64,000 nt of DNA from Macrostomum lignano (lineage: Eukaryota). The translations under genes were made by a program, and so were the position numbers. How positions within the stretch are numbered: the first letter of the stretch is position 1; every line of letters starts with the position of its first letter. Positions 49,601-61,839 of this stretch are shown piece after piece. Under the pieces are notes generated by a model. That model was given only the letters and a program-made list of their open reading frames with translations, ran no database searches and was not told the origin of the DNA. The stretch spans positions 13,329 to 77,328 of the forward strand of contig NIVC01001970.1 in assembly GCA_002269645.1 (NCBI GenBank), read 5' to 3'.

Positions 49601-52600
49601 CAAGCTCTTCCTTGTAGCGTACCGACCCGACTGATGTCTGCAGCATCTCACAGACGCCCATGTCCTCCACATCCTGTTTCGCTCGAACGGAGCCGACCAT
49701 GAAGGATGTCTCAAGGAACGAAGCGCATTCTCTCACTTCTAGCTCTTCTTTGTAGCGCATTGTCGAGTCCGATGTCTGCAGCATCTCACAGACGCCCATG
49801 CCGTCTACTTCTTGTTTCGCTCGAACGGAGCCGACCATGACCGAAGTCTCGAGGAAGGATGCGCACTCTCTTACTTCAAGCTCTTCCTTGTAGCGTACCG
49901 ACCCGACTGATGTCTGCAGCATCTCACAGACGCCCATGTCCTCCACATCCTGTTTCGCTCGAACGGAGCCGACCATGAAGGATGTCTCAAGGAACGAAGC
50001 GCATTCTCTCACTTCTAGCTCTTCTTTGTAGCGCATTGTCGAGTCCGATGTCTGCAGCATCTCACAGACGCCCATGCCGTCTACTTCTTGTTTCGCTCGA
50101 ACGGAGCCGACCATGACCGAAGTCTCGAGGAAGGATGCGCACTCTCTTACTTCAAGCTCTTCCTTGTAGCGTACCGACCCGACTGATGTCTGCAGCATCT
50201 CACAGACGCCCATGTCCTCCACATCCTGTTTCGCTCGAACGGAGCCGACCATGAAGGATGTCTCAAGGAACGAAGCGCATTCTCTCACTTCTAGCTCTTC
50301 TTTGTAGCGCATTGTCGAGTCCGATGTCTGCAGCATCTCACAGACGCCCATGTCCTCCACATCCTGTTTCGCTCGAACGGAGCCGACCATGACCGAAGTC
50401 TCGAGGAAGGATGCGCACTCTCTTACTTCAAGCTCTTCCTTGTAGCGTACCGACCCGACTGATGTCTGCAGCATCTCACAGACGCCCATGTCCTCCACAT
50501 CCTGTTTCGCTCGAACGGAGCCGACCATGAAGGATGTCTCAAGGAACGAAGCGCATTCTCTCACTTCTAGCTCTTCTTTGTAGCGCATTGTCGAGTCCGA
50601 TGTCTGCAGCATCTCACAGACGCCCATGCCGTCTACTTCTTGTTTCGCTCGAACGGAGCCGACCATGACCGAAGTCTCGAGGAAGGATGCGCACTCTCTT
50701 ACTTCAAGCTCTTCCTTGTAGCGTACCGACCCGACTGATGTCTGCAGCATCTCAGACGCCCATGTCCTCCACATCCTGTTTCGCTCGAACGGAGCCGACC
50801 ATGAAGGATGTCTCAAGGAACGAAGCGCATTCTCTCACTTCTAGCTCTTCTTTGTAGCGCATTGTCGAGTCCGATGTCTGCAGCATCTCACAGACGCCCA
50901 TGCCGTCTACTTCTTGTTTCGCTCGAACGGAGCCGACCATGACCGAAGTCTCGAGGAAGGATGCGCACTCTCTTACTTCAAGCTCTTCCTTGTAGCGTAC
51001 CGACCCGACTGATGTCTGCAGCATCTCACAGACGCCCATGTCCTCCACATCCTGTTTCGCTCGAACGGAGCCGACCATGAAGGATGTCTCAAGGAACGAA
51101 GCGCATTCTCTCACTTCTAGCTCTTCTTTGTAGCGCATTGTCGAGTCCGATGTCTGCAGCATCTCACAGACGCCCATGCCGTCTACTTCTTGTTTCGCTC
51201 GAACGGAGCCGACCATGACCGAAGTCTCGAGGAAGGATGCGCACTCTCTTACTTCAAGCTCTTCCTTGTAGCGTACCGACCCGACTGATGTCTGCAGCAT
51301 CTCACAGACGCCCATGTCCTCCACATCCTGTTTCGCTCGAACGGAGCCGACCATGACCGAAGTCTCGAGGAAGGATGCGCACTCTCTTACTTCAAGCTCT
51401 TCCTTGTAGCGTACCGACCCGACTGATGTCTGCAGCATCTCACAGACGCCCATTCCATCGACTGACTGTTCCACTTGAACTGAAGCCTCCTTCACAAGGG
51501 TCTCTACTCGGATAGCGCCTTCCAGGAATGTGGTCTCGGAGAATGTGAAGCACTCGTCGAGTTTCGGCTCTTCCTTGTAGCGTACCGACCCGTCTGATGT
51601 GAGCAGCATCTCACAGACGCCCATTCCATCGACTGACTGTTCCACTTGAACTGAAGCCTCCTTCACAAGTGTCTCTACTCGGATAGCGCCTTCCAGGAAT
51701 GTGGTCTCGGAGAATGTGAAGCACTCGTCGAGTTTCGGCTCTTCCTTGTTGCGTACCGACCCGTCTGATGTGAGCAGCATCTCACAGACGCCCATTCCAT
51801 CGACTGGCTGTTCCACTTGAACTGAAGCCTCCTTCACAAGTGTCTCTACTCGGATAGCGCCTTCCAGGAATGTGGTCTCGGAGAATGTGAAGCACTCGTC
51901 GAGTTTCGGCTCCTCCTTGTAGCGTACCGAAGCGTCTGATGTGAGCAGCATCTCACAGACGCCCATGTCGTCTATTTCTTGTGTCACTCGAACAGATCTT
52001 ATCATGACGGATGTCTCGAGGAACGATGCGCAGTCTCTCACTTCTAGCTCTTCTTTGTAGCGCATTGTCGTGTCTGATGTCTCCAACATCTCACAGAAGC
52101 CCATTTCGTTCACACTCTGGCTTACTCGAATGGACTCACTCAAGACAGTCGTTTCCAGGAATGAGGCGCATTCGTTGAGCTTCGGCTCTTCCTTGTTGCG
52201 TACCGACCCGTCTGATGTGAGCAGCATCTCACAGACGCCCATTTCATCGACTGACTGTTCTACTTGAACTGAAGCCTCCTTCACAAGTGTCTCTACTCGG
52301 ATAGCGCCTTCCAGGAATGTTGTCTCGGAGAATGTGAAGCACTCGTCGAGTTTCGGCTCTTCCTTGTAGCGTACCGACCCGTCTGATGTGAGCAGCATCT
52401 CACAGACGCCCATTCCATCGACTGACTGTTCCACTTGAACTGAAGCCTCCTTCACAAGTGTCTCTACTCGGATAGCGCCTTCCAGGAATGTGGTCTCGGA
52501 GAATGTGAAGCACTCGTCGAGTTTCGGCTCTTCCTTGTAGCGTACCGACCCGTCTGATGTGAGCAGCATCTCACAGACGCCCATTCCATCGACTGACTGT

Positions 52601-55600
52601 TCCACTTGAACTGAAGCCTCCTTCACAAGTGTCTCTACTCGGATAGCGCCTTCCAGGAATGTGGTCTCGGAGAATGTGAAGCACTCGTCGAGTTTCGGCT
52701 CTTCCTTGTAGCGTACCGACCCGTCTGATGTGAGCAGCATCTCACAGACGCCCATTCCATCGACTGACTGTTCCACTTGAACTGAAGCCTCCTTCACAAG
52801 TGTCTCTACTCGGATAGCGCCTTCCAGGAATGTGGTCTCGGAGAATGTGAAGCACTCGTCGAGTTTCGGCTCTTCCTTGTTGCGTACCGACCCGTCTGAT
52901 GTGAGCAGCATCTCACAGACGCCCATTCCATCGACTGGCTGTTCCACTTGAACTGAAGCCTCCTTCACAAGTGTCTCTACTCGGATAGCGCCTTCCAGGA
53001 ATGTGGTCTCGGAGAATGTGAAGCACTCGTCGAGTTTCGGCTCCTCCTTGTAGCGTACCGAAGCGTCTGATGTGAGCAGCATCTCACAGACGCCCATGTC
53101 GTCTATTTCTTGTGTCACTCGAACAGATCTTATCATGACGGATGTCTCGAGGAACGATGCGCAGTCTCTCACTTCTAGCTCTTCTTTGTAGCGCATTGTC
53201 GTGTCTGATGTCTCCAACATCTCACAGAAGCCCATTTCGTTCACACTCTGGCTTACTCGAATGGACTCACTCAAGACAGTCGTTTCCAGGAATGAGGCGC
53301 ATTCGTTGAGCTTCGGCTCTTCCTTGTTGCGTACCGACCCGTCTGATGTGAGCAGCATCTCACAGACGCCCATTTCATCGACTGACTGTTCTACTTGAAC
53401 TGAAGCCTCCTTCACAAGTGTCTCTACTCGGATAGCGCCTTCCAGGAATGTTGTCTCGGAGAATGTGAAGCACTCGTCGAGTTTCGGCTCTTCCTTGTAG
53501 CGTACCGACCCGTCTGATGTGAGCAGCATCTCACAGACGCCCATTCCATCGACTGACTGTTCCACTTGAACTGAAGCCTCCTTCACAAGTGTCTCTACTC
53601 GGATAGCGCCTTCCAGGAATGTGGTCTCGGAGAATGTGAAGCACTCGTCGAGTTTCGGCTCTTCCTTGTAGCGTACCGACCCGTCTGATGTGAGCAGCAT
53701 CTCACAGACGCCCATTCCATCGACTGACTGTTCCACTTGAACTGAAGCCTCCTTCACAAGTGTCTCTACTCGGATAGCGCCTTCCAGGAATGTGGTCTCG
53801 GAGAATGTGAAGCACTCGTCGAGTTTCGGCTCTTCCTTGTAGCGTACCGACCCGTCTGATGTGAGCAGCATCTCACAGACGCCCATTTCATCGACTGACT
53901 GTTCCACTTGAACTGAAGCCTCCTTCACAAGTGTCTCTACTCGGATAGCGCCTTCCAGGAATGTGGTCTCGGAGAATGTGAAGCACTCGTCGAGTTTCGG
54001 CTCTTTCTTGTAGCGTACCGACCCGTCTGATGTAAGCAGCATCTCACAGACGCCCATTCCATCGACTGGCTGTTCCACTTGAACTGAAGCCTCCTTCACA
54101 AGTGTCTCTACTCGGATAGCGCCTTCCAGGAATGTGGTCTCGGAGAATGTGAAGCACTCGTCGAGTTTCGGCTCTTCCTTGTAGCGTACCGAAGCGTCTG
54201 ATGTGAGCAGCATCTCACAGACGCCCATGTCGTCTATTTCTTGTGTCACTCGAACAGATCCTATCATGACGGATGTCTCGAGGAACGATGCGCAGTCTCT
54301 CACTTCTAGCTCTTCTTTGTAGCGCATTGTCGTGTCTGATGTCTCCAACATCTCACAGAAGCCCATTTCGTTCACACTCTGGCTTACTCGAATGGACTCA
54401 CTCAAGACAGTCGTTTCCAGGAAGGAGGCGCATTCGTTGAGCTTCGGCTCTTCCTTGTAGCGTACCGACCCGTCTGATGTGAGCAGCATCTCACAGACGC
54501 CCATTCCATCGACTGACTGTTCCACTTGAACTGAAGCCTCCTTCACAAGTGTCTCTACTCGGATAGCGCCTTCCAGGAATGTGGTCTCGGAGAATGTGAA
54601 GCACTCGTCGAGTTTCGGCTCTTCCTTGTAGCGTACCGACCCGTCTGATGTGAGCAGCATCTCACAGACGCCCATTCCATCGACTGACTGTTCCACTTGA
54701 ACTGAAGCCTCCTTCACAAGTGTCTCTACTCTGATAGCGCCTTCCAGGAATGTGGTCTCGGAGAATGTGAAGCACTCGTCGAGTTTCGGCTCTTCCTTGT
54801 AGCGTACCGAAGCGTCTGATGTGAGCAGCATCTCACAGACGCCCATGTCGTCTATTTCTTGTTTCACTCGAACAGATCCTATCATGACGGATGTCTCGAG
54901 GAACGATGCGCAGTCTCTCACTTCTAGCTCTTCTTTGTAGCGCATTGTCGTGTCTGATGTCTCCAACATCTCACAGAAGCCCATTTCGTTCACACTCTGG
55001 CTTACTCGAATGGACTCACTCAAGACAGTCGTTTCCAGGAATGAGGCGCATTCGTTGAGCTTCGGCTCTTCCTTGTAGCGTACCGACCCGTCTGATGTGA
55101 GCAGCATCTCACAGACGCCCATTCCATTGACTGGCTGTTCCACTTGAACTGAAGCCTCTTTCACAAGTGTCTCTACTCGGATAGCGCCTTCCAGGAATGT
55201 GGTCTCGGAGAATGTGAAGCACTCGTCGAGTTTCGGCTCTTCCTTATAGCGTACCGACCCGTCTGATGTGAGCAGCATCTCACAGACGCCCATTCCATCG
55301 ACTGGCTGTTCCACTTGAACTGAAGCCTCCTTCACAAGTGTCTCTACTCGGATAGCGCCTTCCAGGAATGTGGTCTCGGAGAATGTGAAGCACTCGTCGA
55401 GTTTCGGCTCTTCCTTGTAGCGTACCGAAGCGTCTGATGCGAGCAGCGTCTCATAAGCGCCCATCTCATCCACGGTTGGCTGTGCTCGCACACCAGTCGT
55501 TTTGTGTATAAGCTCATGCGAGCTGGCGCACTCTTCAACTTTCGGTTCGTCCTTGAATCTTACGTGTTCGCTCGCGCTTAGTACCTCGTTGTATACGCCA

Positions 55601-57408
55601 ATCTCTCCGACTTCTTGATTGACTTGCACAGAAGCTTCTTGGACTTTAGTTTTCGTACGAACGAAGCCTGACTTGACCAACAACTCAAGCGAGCTGGTGC
55701 ACTCTTCGACCTGCGGTTCGTCCTTGAATCTCATGGCACCATCAGAGAACATAACTTGCTCACAGACGCCCATCTCATCTACGGTCGGCTGTGCTCGTGC
55801 ACCAGCATTTTCGTGCATAAGTTCAAGCGAGCTGTTGCACTCTAGAATTTTCGGCATGTTACTGAATTTTACGTTGCTGTTAACTGCTTTGATTTTTTGC
55901 ATTTCTTCAGCAAATCCCAGTTTGCTAACGGCTTGTTTGGCTGTTACAGAAACGTCTTTCGTTGTTATCTGTGCTTTGGTGTTGCTTTCCTTATAAGATT
56001 TTTCTAAGTGGGAGAAACACTCTCGAATTTTTGTCTCATCTTTGCATAAAACAGACGCATCTTCGGTTGAAATTTCCATTTCAACGCTCATGCACGCAAG
56101 TTTTGGGCTTACGGAGATGCTGCTTTCGCCTGTGAAAGAATCTGTTTGAAGTGCGGCTTCACTAAAGTGGTTCTCATAGTGCACTTCGCAAGTGCTGATT
56201 TCCTGAGTTTTTTCTTCAGTTTTGCAATTTACACTGCTATCCGCAAATTCCAGGTCAAATGAACACTCAAAATCTGAAAGTTGGTTTTCGATTACGCAGT
56301 TGACTCCCTGGTCGGCAGTGACTAGCTCCTGAGACAGTTGCATATATTTTATTTGTTGCTTAACAACTAAAACCGATTCCTCTGTTTCACAGGTCGTTTT
56401 TACGCAGGCATCTTGAACTTCTACTTTTCTCGGTGGTTGAGTTGCCATGAGCTTTTTACGGTTTGTCTCCTCTTCGATTTTTATCTCGATGTCTAAGCTT
56501 TGTCTTTTGACTCTCTCATCAACCCGGCTTTCGTACTTAATGAGTTTCTCTTCCGTCTCCACTGTTTGGCCAGACTGATCTGTTTGAGTCTCTGAGTCGC
56601 TGCATTCTATTTCTAGACAGAACAGATCATTCTGCACAGTATAGTGCAGGTGGCAGGCAATCTTGCTCTCCGCTATCACGCTCTGCTTATCGCAACCTGT
56701 GCTGGCTATTGGTATCTGCGCAGTTTGACAGCCAGCCTCGCGCGTGACTGCTTGGGTTTTTCCAACAGCAGCACCGGTGCCGGAGCCTGAGCTTGAAGTC
56801 GCATTCGCTTCGCTTTCATTGGAGCTCGAAATGGCCGTTGCAAGCTTTCGCGTTTCCGAGTACTCTAACTTTTCTTCGACGCCAACTCTCAGCTGGGATC
56901 GGCCCTCAGATGCCGATGCAGCAGCGTACGCGGACTGAGAGTGCACTATCGGACTCGGAATATTTTCGTGCAGGTAGCGTTTTACTTCGGACTCGTACTC
57001 TTGAATGTAGTTGTACACAGCCTGACGAAATACTGGATCCTCAATATCCTGAGTAGAGTTCTGTCGATATTCCGAATAACCGGCCTGCACAGATTTCGAA
57101 GTGGGAGACAGGAGCCCCACCGGACTCCTTGGGGGCGGTTTGGTCTGCGTGCTCTCGCTCATTGACGCACGTCTGAGCTGCTGGCGGACCTGATCCTTGG
57201 CGACTGTCAGATCCCGGATGCTGGTTAGGTCGACTGGCCTGGACTCGAGAAGGGAATACCACTCAGACTCGCGACTGTCGCGAAGGCTGCCTCTTCTACC
57301 TTCGAATAGAAGATGGTGTGTGTCCATTCTCTGCGAGTTCGTTACCGATTGACCGTCTGTCTGCGAACTCCCGGTGACTTGCACTGCTAGTGACTGGCTT
57401 TCACGCTG
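28643..57408 (-). CDS. Paralog B giant terminal exon (~28.8 kb, ~9,600 codons): unique segment, 46/57-aa repeat arrays, unique linker, 23-aa S/T/R repeat tail, stop TAA
   Basis: Acceptor ctacag|CAG at 57408. ORFs 50752..57480, 46671..50816 and 28643..31684 plus many overlapping fragments encode the same repeats; frame breaks are 1-2 nt indels. Stop ...FEGFD* at 28643-28645. Confidence 0.75.
28740..29640 (-). repeat. Coding 69-bp (23-aa) repeat GVTRREGTALESTDSVSSARAQL, ~13 copies, at the C-terminus of paralog B
   Basis: ORF 28643..31684 translation; 69-bp periodicity (28752 vs 28821). Confidence 0.9.
30380..51440 (-). repeat. Coding 138-bp (46-aa) array of paralog B, ~145 units, interrupted by a 57-aa-type block at ~48320-49080
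   Basis: Direct reading and ORF translations. Confidence 0.95.
51441..55480 (-). repeat. Coding higher-order repeat of paralog B (138-bp and 171-bp units)
   Basis: ORF 50752..57480 translation, with paralog-specific variants EQSVD, SQSVNE and MIRSVRVTQ. Confidence 0.95.
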
Positions 57409-57493
57409 CTGTAGATCAATGGGTAGGTAATAAAAACAGTTTTTGATGTGCAAAACTGATCCAAATTTAACTTGAGTCAAATTTTCTGCTTAC

Positions 57494-57617
57494 TTGGACG
57501 CTTTGATTAACTGTTGTTGATTTTCTGACCACTGTCGAACGAGTTGAGTAGAGACTCCAATCCTGCATCCGGGTCTGCAGATCTTCCATTTGTTTGCCAC
57601 TTTCTTCCTGCATTTTC
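57494..57617 (-). CDS. Paralog B exon equivalent to A exon 8
   Basis: Near-identical to 15360-15483 with the same splice sites. Confidence 0.8.
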
Positions 57618-57669
57618 CTGCAAAATTCATTGAGAAGTTACTTATAAGAGCGTATATAGAGCGTTCTCA

Positions 57670-58135
57670 GGAACAGACTGGAGCGTGCTCTCAAACAGAC
57701 TGGAGCGTGCTCACAAACAGACTGGAGCGTGCTCACAAACAGACTGGAGCGTGATCACAAACAGACTGGAGCGTGCTCACAAACAGACTGGAGCGTGCTC
57801 ACAAACAGACTGGAGCGTGCTCACAAACAGACTGGAGCGTGCTCACAAACAGACTGGAGCGTGCTCACAAACAGACTGGAGCGTGATCACAAACAGACTG
57901 GAGCGTGCTCACAAACAGACTGGAGCGTGCTCACAAACAGACTGGAGCGTGCTCACAAACAGACTGGAGCGTGATCACAAACAGACTGGAGCGTGCTCAC
58001 AAACAGACTGGAGCGTGCTCACAAACAGACTGGAGCGTGCTCACAAACAGACTGGAGCGTGCTCACTAACAGACTGGAGCGTGATCACAAACAGACTGGA
58101 GCGTGATCACAAACAGACTGGAGCGTGATCACAAC
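57670..58135. repeat. 22-bp intronic minisatellite of paralog B, ~21 copies
   Basis: Same unit as 15540-16220. Confidence 0.95.
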
Positions 58136-58171
58136 AACACAAGAGTTCCACTAGAGTTGGCCCGAACTCAC

Positions 58172-58355
58172 TGTAGGACAGAAATGGCCGTCATCATCTG
58201 AGCCGACTCTTCCGTTAGCCCGCTGTGGTCGCGCTTGAAAAATTCCAACTGCTCGTTGAGGCATTTCCAGTTTCGCATGTGCTCAAGCAGCTTCTCAAGC
58301 AAAGATCGAAGCAGAACGGCGTCGCTCGAGCGAACCGTCGAACTCTGGTCCGGCG
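58172..58355 (-). CDS. Paralog B exon equivalent to A exon 7
   Basis: Near-identical to 16258-16441 with the same splice sites. Confidence 0.75.
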
Positions 58356-58569
58356 CTGCAATGATGAAACGGGGTGGGGGCGTTTCAGCAAGCAAGTCGA
58401 AAAAGCTCACCGTTAACTTCTGATAGCTCAAAACTCGACAGCATTGAAGAGAATTAGAATTTCAAGATTATAAAACTTAAAGTTTGCGAAAGTGACCAGA
58501 AAGTTTTCTCGACTATGTGAATTTTAATACCTGGACATTGAATTCTAAAGCCCGTGTAAAAGTCTCCAG

Positions 58570-59447
58570 TGTAAAAGCCCCTGGTGCTAAAGCCCGTGGT
58601 GCTAAAGCCCCTGGTGCTAAAGCCCCTGGTGCTAAAGCCCCTGGTGCTAAAGCCCCTGGTGCTAAAGCCCCTGGTGCTAAAGCCCGTGGTGCTAAAGCCC
58701 CTGGTGCTAAAGCCCGTGGTGCTAAAGCCCCTGGTGCTAAAGCCCCTGGTGCTAAAGCCCTTGGTGCTAAAGCTTGTGGTGCTAAAGCCCCTGGTGCTAA
58801 AGCCCCTTGGTGCTAAAGCCCCTGGTGCTAAAGCCCGTGGTGCTAAAGCCCCTGGTGCTAAAGCCCCTGGTGCTAAAGCCCCTGGTGCTAAAGCCCGTGG
58901 TGCTAAAGCCCATGGTGCTAAAGCCCCTGGTACTAAAGCGCCTGGTGCTAAAGCCCTTGGTGCTAAAGCCCGTGGTGCTAAAGCCCCTGGTACTAAAGCG
59001 CCTGGTGCTAAAGCCCATGGTGCTAAAGCCCGTGGTGCTAAAGCCCCTGGTGCTAAAGCCCCTGGTGCTAAAGCCCCTGGTGCTAAAGCCCCTGGTGCTA
59101 AAGCCCCTGGTGCTAAAACCCGTGGTGCTAAAGCCCCTGGTGCTAAAGCCCGTGGTGCTAAAGCCCCTGGTGCTAAAGCCCGTGGTGCTAAAGCCCCTGG
59201 TGCTAAAGCCCCTGGTGCTAAAGCCCTTGGTGCTAAAGCTTGTGGTGCTAAAGCCCCTGGTGCTAAAGCCCCTTGGTGCTAAAGCCCCTGGTGCTAAAGC
59301 CCGTGGTGCTAAAGCCCCTGGTGCTAAAGCCCCTGGTGCTAAAGCCCCTGGTGCTAAAGCCCCTGGTGCTAAAGCCCTTGGTGCTAAAGCCCGTGGTGCT
59401 AAAGCCCCTGCTGCTAAAGTCCCTGGTGCTAAAGCCCCTGGTGCTGG
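58570..59447. repeat. 15-bp intronic minisatellite of paralog B, ~58 copies
   Basis: Same unit as 16660-17350, longer and more variable. Confidence 0.95.
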
Positions 59448-59630
59448 CGAACACTCAACTACTTGTAAAATGATGCCTCCCCCAATGAAAATACCATGGC
59501 TCTTTATGTGCTCTTTGAACTGGAGTTTGATTGAATTCTCAGATTGAATTATTGGAGTCCTTTGGTACCTTAAAGCCCATCCCCGTTAGGTAGATTATTT
59601 GAAAAGTAATTATCAGCATGAATAACTCAC

Positions 59631-59781
59631 AACTGAGCACGAGTCGGTCTCGAACGGCTTGAACCGCTTCAACCAGCTGACTTCGCTGCTGGCCCTCGTC
59701 TCCCAGTACGCCGTCACTGAGGGCTTCCTCCAGCTGGGTGAGAAAGTTCAGGAATGTCAGCTGAGCTGATGGCTCCGCAGT
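59631..59781 (-). CDS. Paralog B exon equivalent to A exon 6
   Basis: Near-identical to 17474-17624; splice sites intact. Confidence 0.8.
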
Positions 59782-59882
59782 CTATAAGGGTGCAATGAAG
59801 AGCTTACTGTCTGATAAAATCTTATTATAGTTAAAAAGAAACTACGTTTGAAACAGATTTTAGTCAGCGTTAAACAGCTCAC

Positions 59883-59994
59883 CACGGTGTCATTGCTGAG
59901 CAGCTTCTGCAAATAGTCGGAGTAGAACTGCGTCAGCCACTGCTGAACTTCGGTTAGCAGACTTGCCCACGTGTTGCGCAGCTTGCGTTGAATT
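59883..59994 (-). CDS. Paralog B exon equivalent to A exon 5
   Basis: Near-identical to 17726-17837 (IRRK->IQRK); splice sites intact. Confidence 0.8.
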
Positions 59995-60581
59995 CTAGAA
60001 ACGTTTTTTGCCAGAGGAAATGCGCAGGTAAGTGCGGACAGTTTTTGCTGCGTTAGGAACGTTTCAATTTAAAACGGTACTACGGAAGTATAGAGATCGT
60101 TCCGTTAAAAGTAATAAAAATCGTTTGTAATATAATTACCTCGACGAAAATCATTAACAATTTTTTGGTAATTTTTGGTTCTATTAACCGACCTATAACT
60201 CCGTTTTTAGTATAAATTTACTACCAAAAATGCATTAACTATACTTTTTACATTCAACCTAGTCAAATTTCATTCCATTGGTAACATTTTAGTAATGGTG
60301 ACGAAGTAAAGAAGTAGTTATTTATTATTTGAGAATTTACTTTTAGAAATTATTAAGAGGAAGTAACTTTTCTAACTTTCAAGTCCTTGTCATTGATTAT
60401 TAAAAATAATTGCTCCAGTAGCTAGCCAAAAATAATAACGTTACCGTAAATACCGGAAAACTTCGTATCTTAGAAAGTTATTTCAAAACCTTCTCAACAC
60501 TACATTTGATGTAGCAGCGCCCTGGGCCTCCAATGAGTTTTACGCACCCTCCCTTTCTCCTCTGTGATACCTGTGCCCCGT

Positions 60582-60770
60582 GATGACTCATTGGGATGAC
60601 TCATTGAGATGGATCATTGGTAATGACTCATTGAGTTGACTCATTGGAATGACTCATTGAGATGACTCTTTGGGATGACTCATTGGGATGACTCTGGGAC
60701 GACTCATTGGGATGACTCATTGGGATGACTCATTGGGATGACACATTGGGATGACTCATTGGATGACTCT
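60582..60770. repeat. Degenerate 13-bp ATGACTCAT-containing array of paralog B
   Basis: Homologous to 19845-20177. Confidence 0.85.
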
Positions 60771-61839
60771 TGTTTATCGCTCACCCGCTCCCCCGAGCAC
60801 CAACCCCACCTGCTTTCTGTCGTCCGAAATCAATCATGCGTTGTGACAGCTTTACGACCCCCTACGAGCGTATATCTCCCCAAGCTTTTCCCTGCCTGTT
60901 ACGTAATCCCCCATCATCAATAATTTTCTCCGCTGCTCCCCTCCTCCAATCATAGCGCGGCTAGCGGGTGACGTCATCAGAGTTGCTTGGTAACGGAGGT
61001 CAAGGACATGTCACGGCCTTGCGTGACGCATAATCTCAAGGCTATAAATAGGAGCCTGTCTTGAGCCCTGAGCGGCATCTTCCCCAAATTCTGTCCGCTG
61101 GGTTTTAGTCCCTTGTGTTGTTCTGTTTTCTCGCGAGACCGAACCTTTCCTGAAAACCGAAAGCACCCGAATCGGCAGCTTTTCCCACCTTTTATCTGGA
61201 CCGACTCTTACCCAAAAATACTTTGATTGCTCCTAGATCCTCAGATCCCAATAAGCACCGCTAACTGTCCTTCCCCATCGTTTGCGACTTCCCCTAACCC
61301 CACCCCAATCCGAGGCCTCCGAATCGTCCGTGACTGCAGCCGCCGCCGTCACAATCCGACGACCACCGCGCCAAGCAGCCCTGCCCGTCGGCCGCGTCTG
61401 CACTTTAAGGTATTTCCCTCTGTTGTGCTGTTTTGGGTATCATCAGCCCAGTCTCCCCCCATAGCTCTTAGTCGTGCTATGAAGTGTGAGTAGAGAGTGC
61501 GCCTGTCGCAGGGCATGATATGGAATCTGAGGATTAGAGGGGAGATCAGCGAGAATGAGCCACCCAACCAAATGATCATAGCAGTAACAAAACTTCTAAA
61601 TAAGTCCCTGTAGAATGTCCCATAATCGGTCATTTCTAGTACAGCTGAGGACAATTGAACCTTCGTCTGTTACAGACCGAGAGTCCCGTCTCGTTAGCGG
61701 GAGTTTTTGTCCTAAGCAATTTAGTGTCCCTAAAGTTTCCGAATGTTTCTTTCGATTGACTCCTTTCATTGCATCCTTTCTATCAAAGTCTATTAGCTTA
61801 TACATTTGAGTTATACGAAGTTGACCATTCGTTTGTAAG

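Noticed and set aside
1-55480. CRISPR-like array
   Set aside because: Units are contiguous and coding with no unique spacers, there are no cas genes, and the context is eukaryotic with introns.
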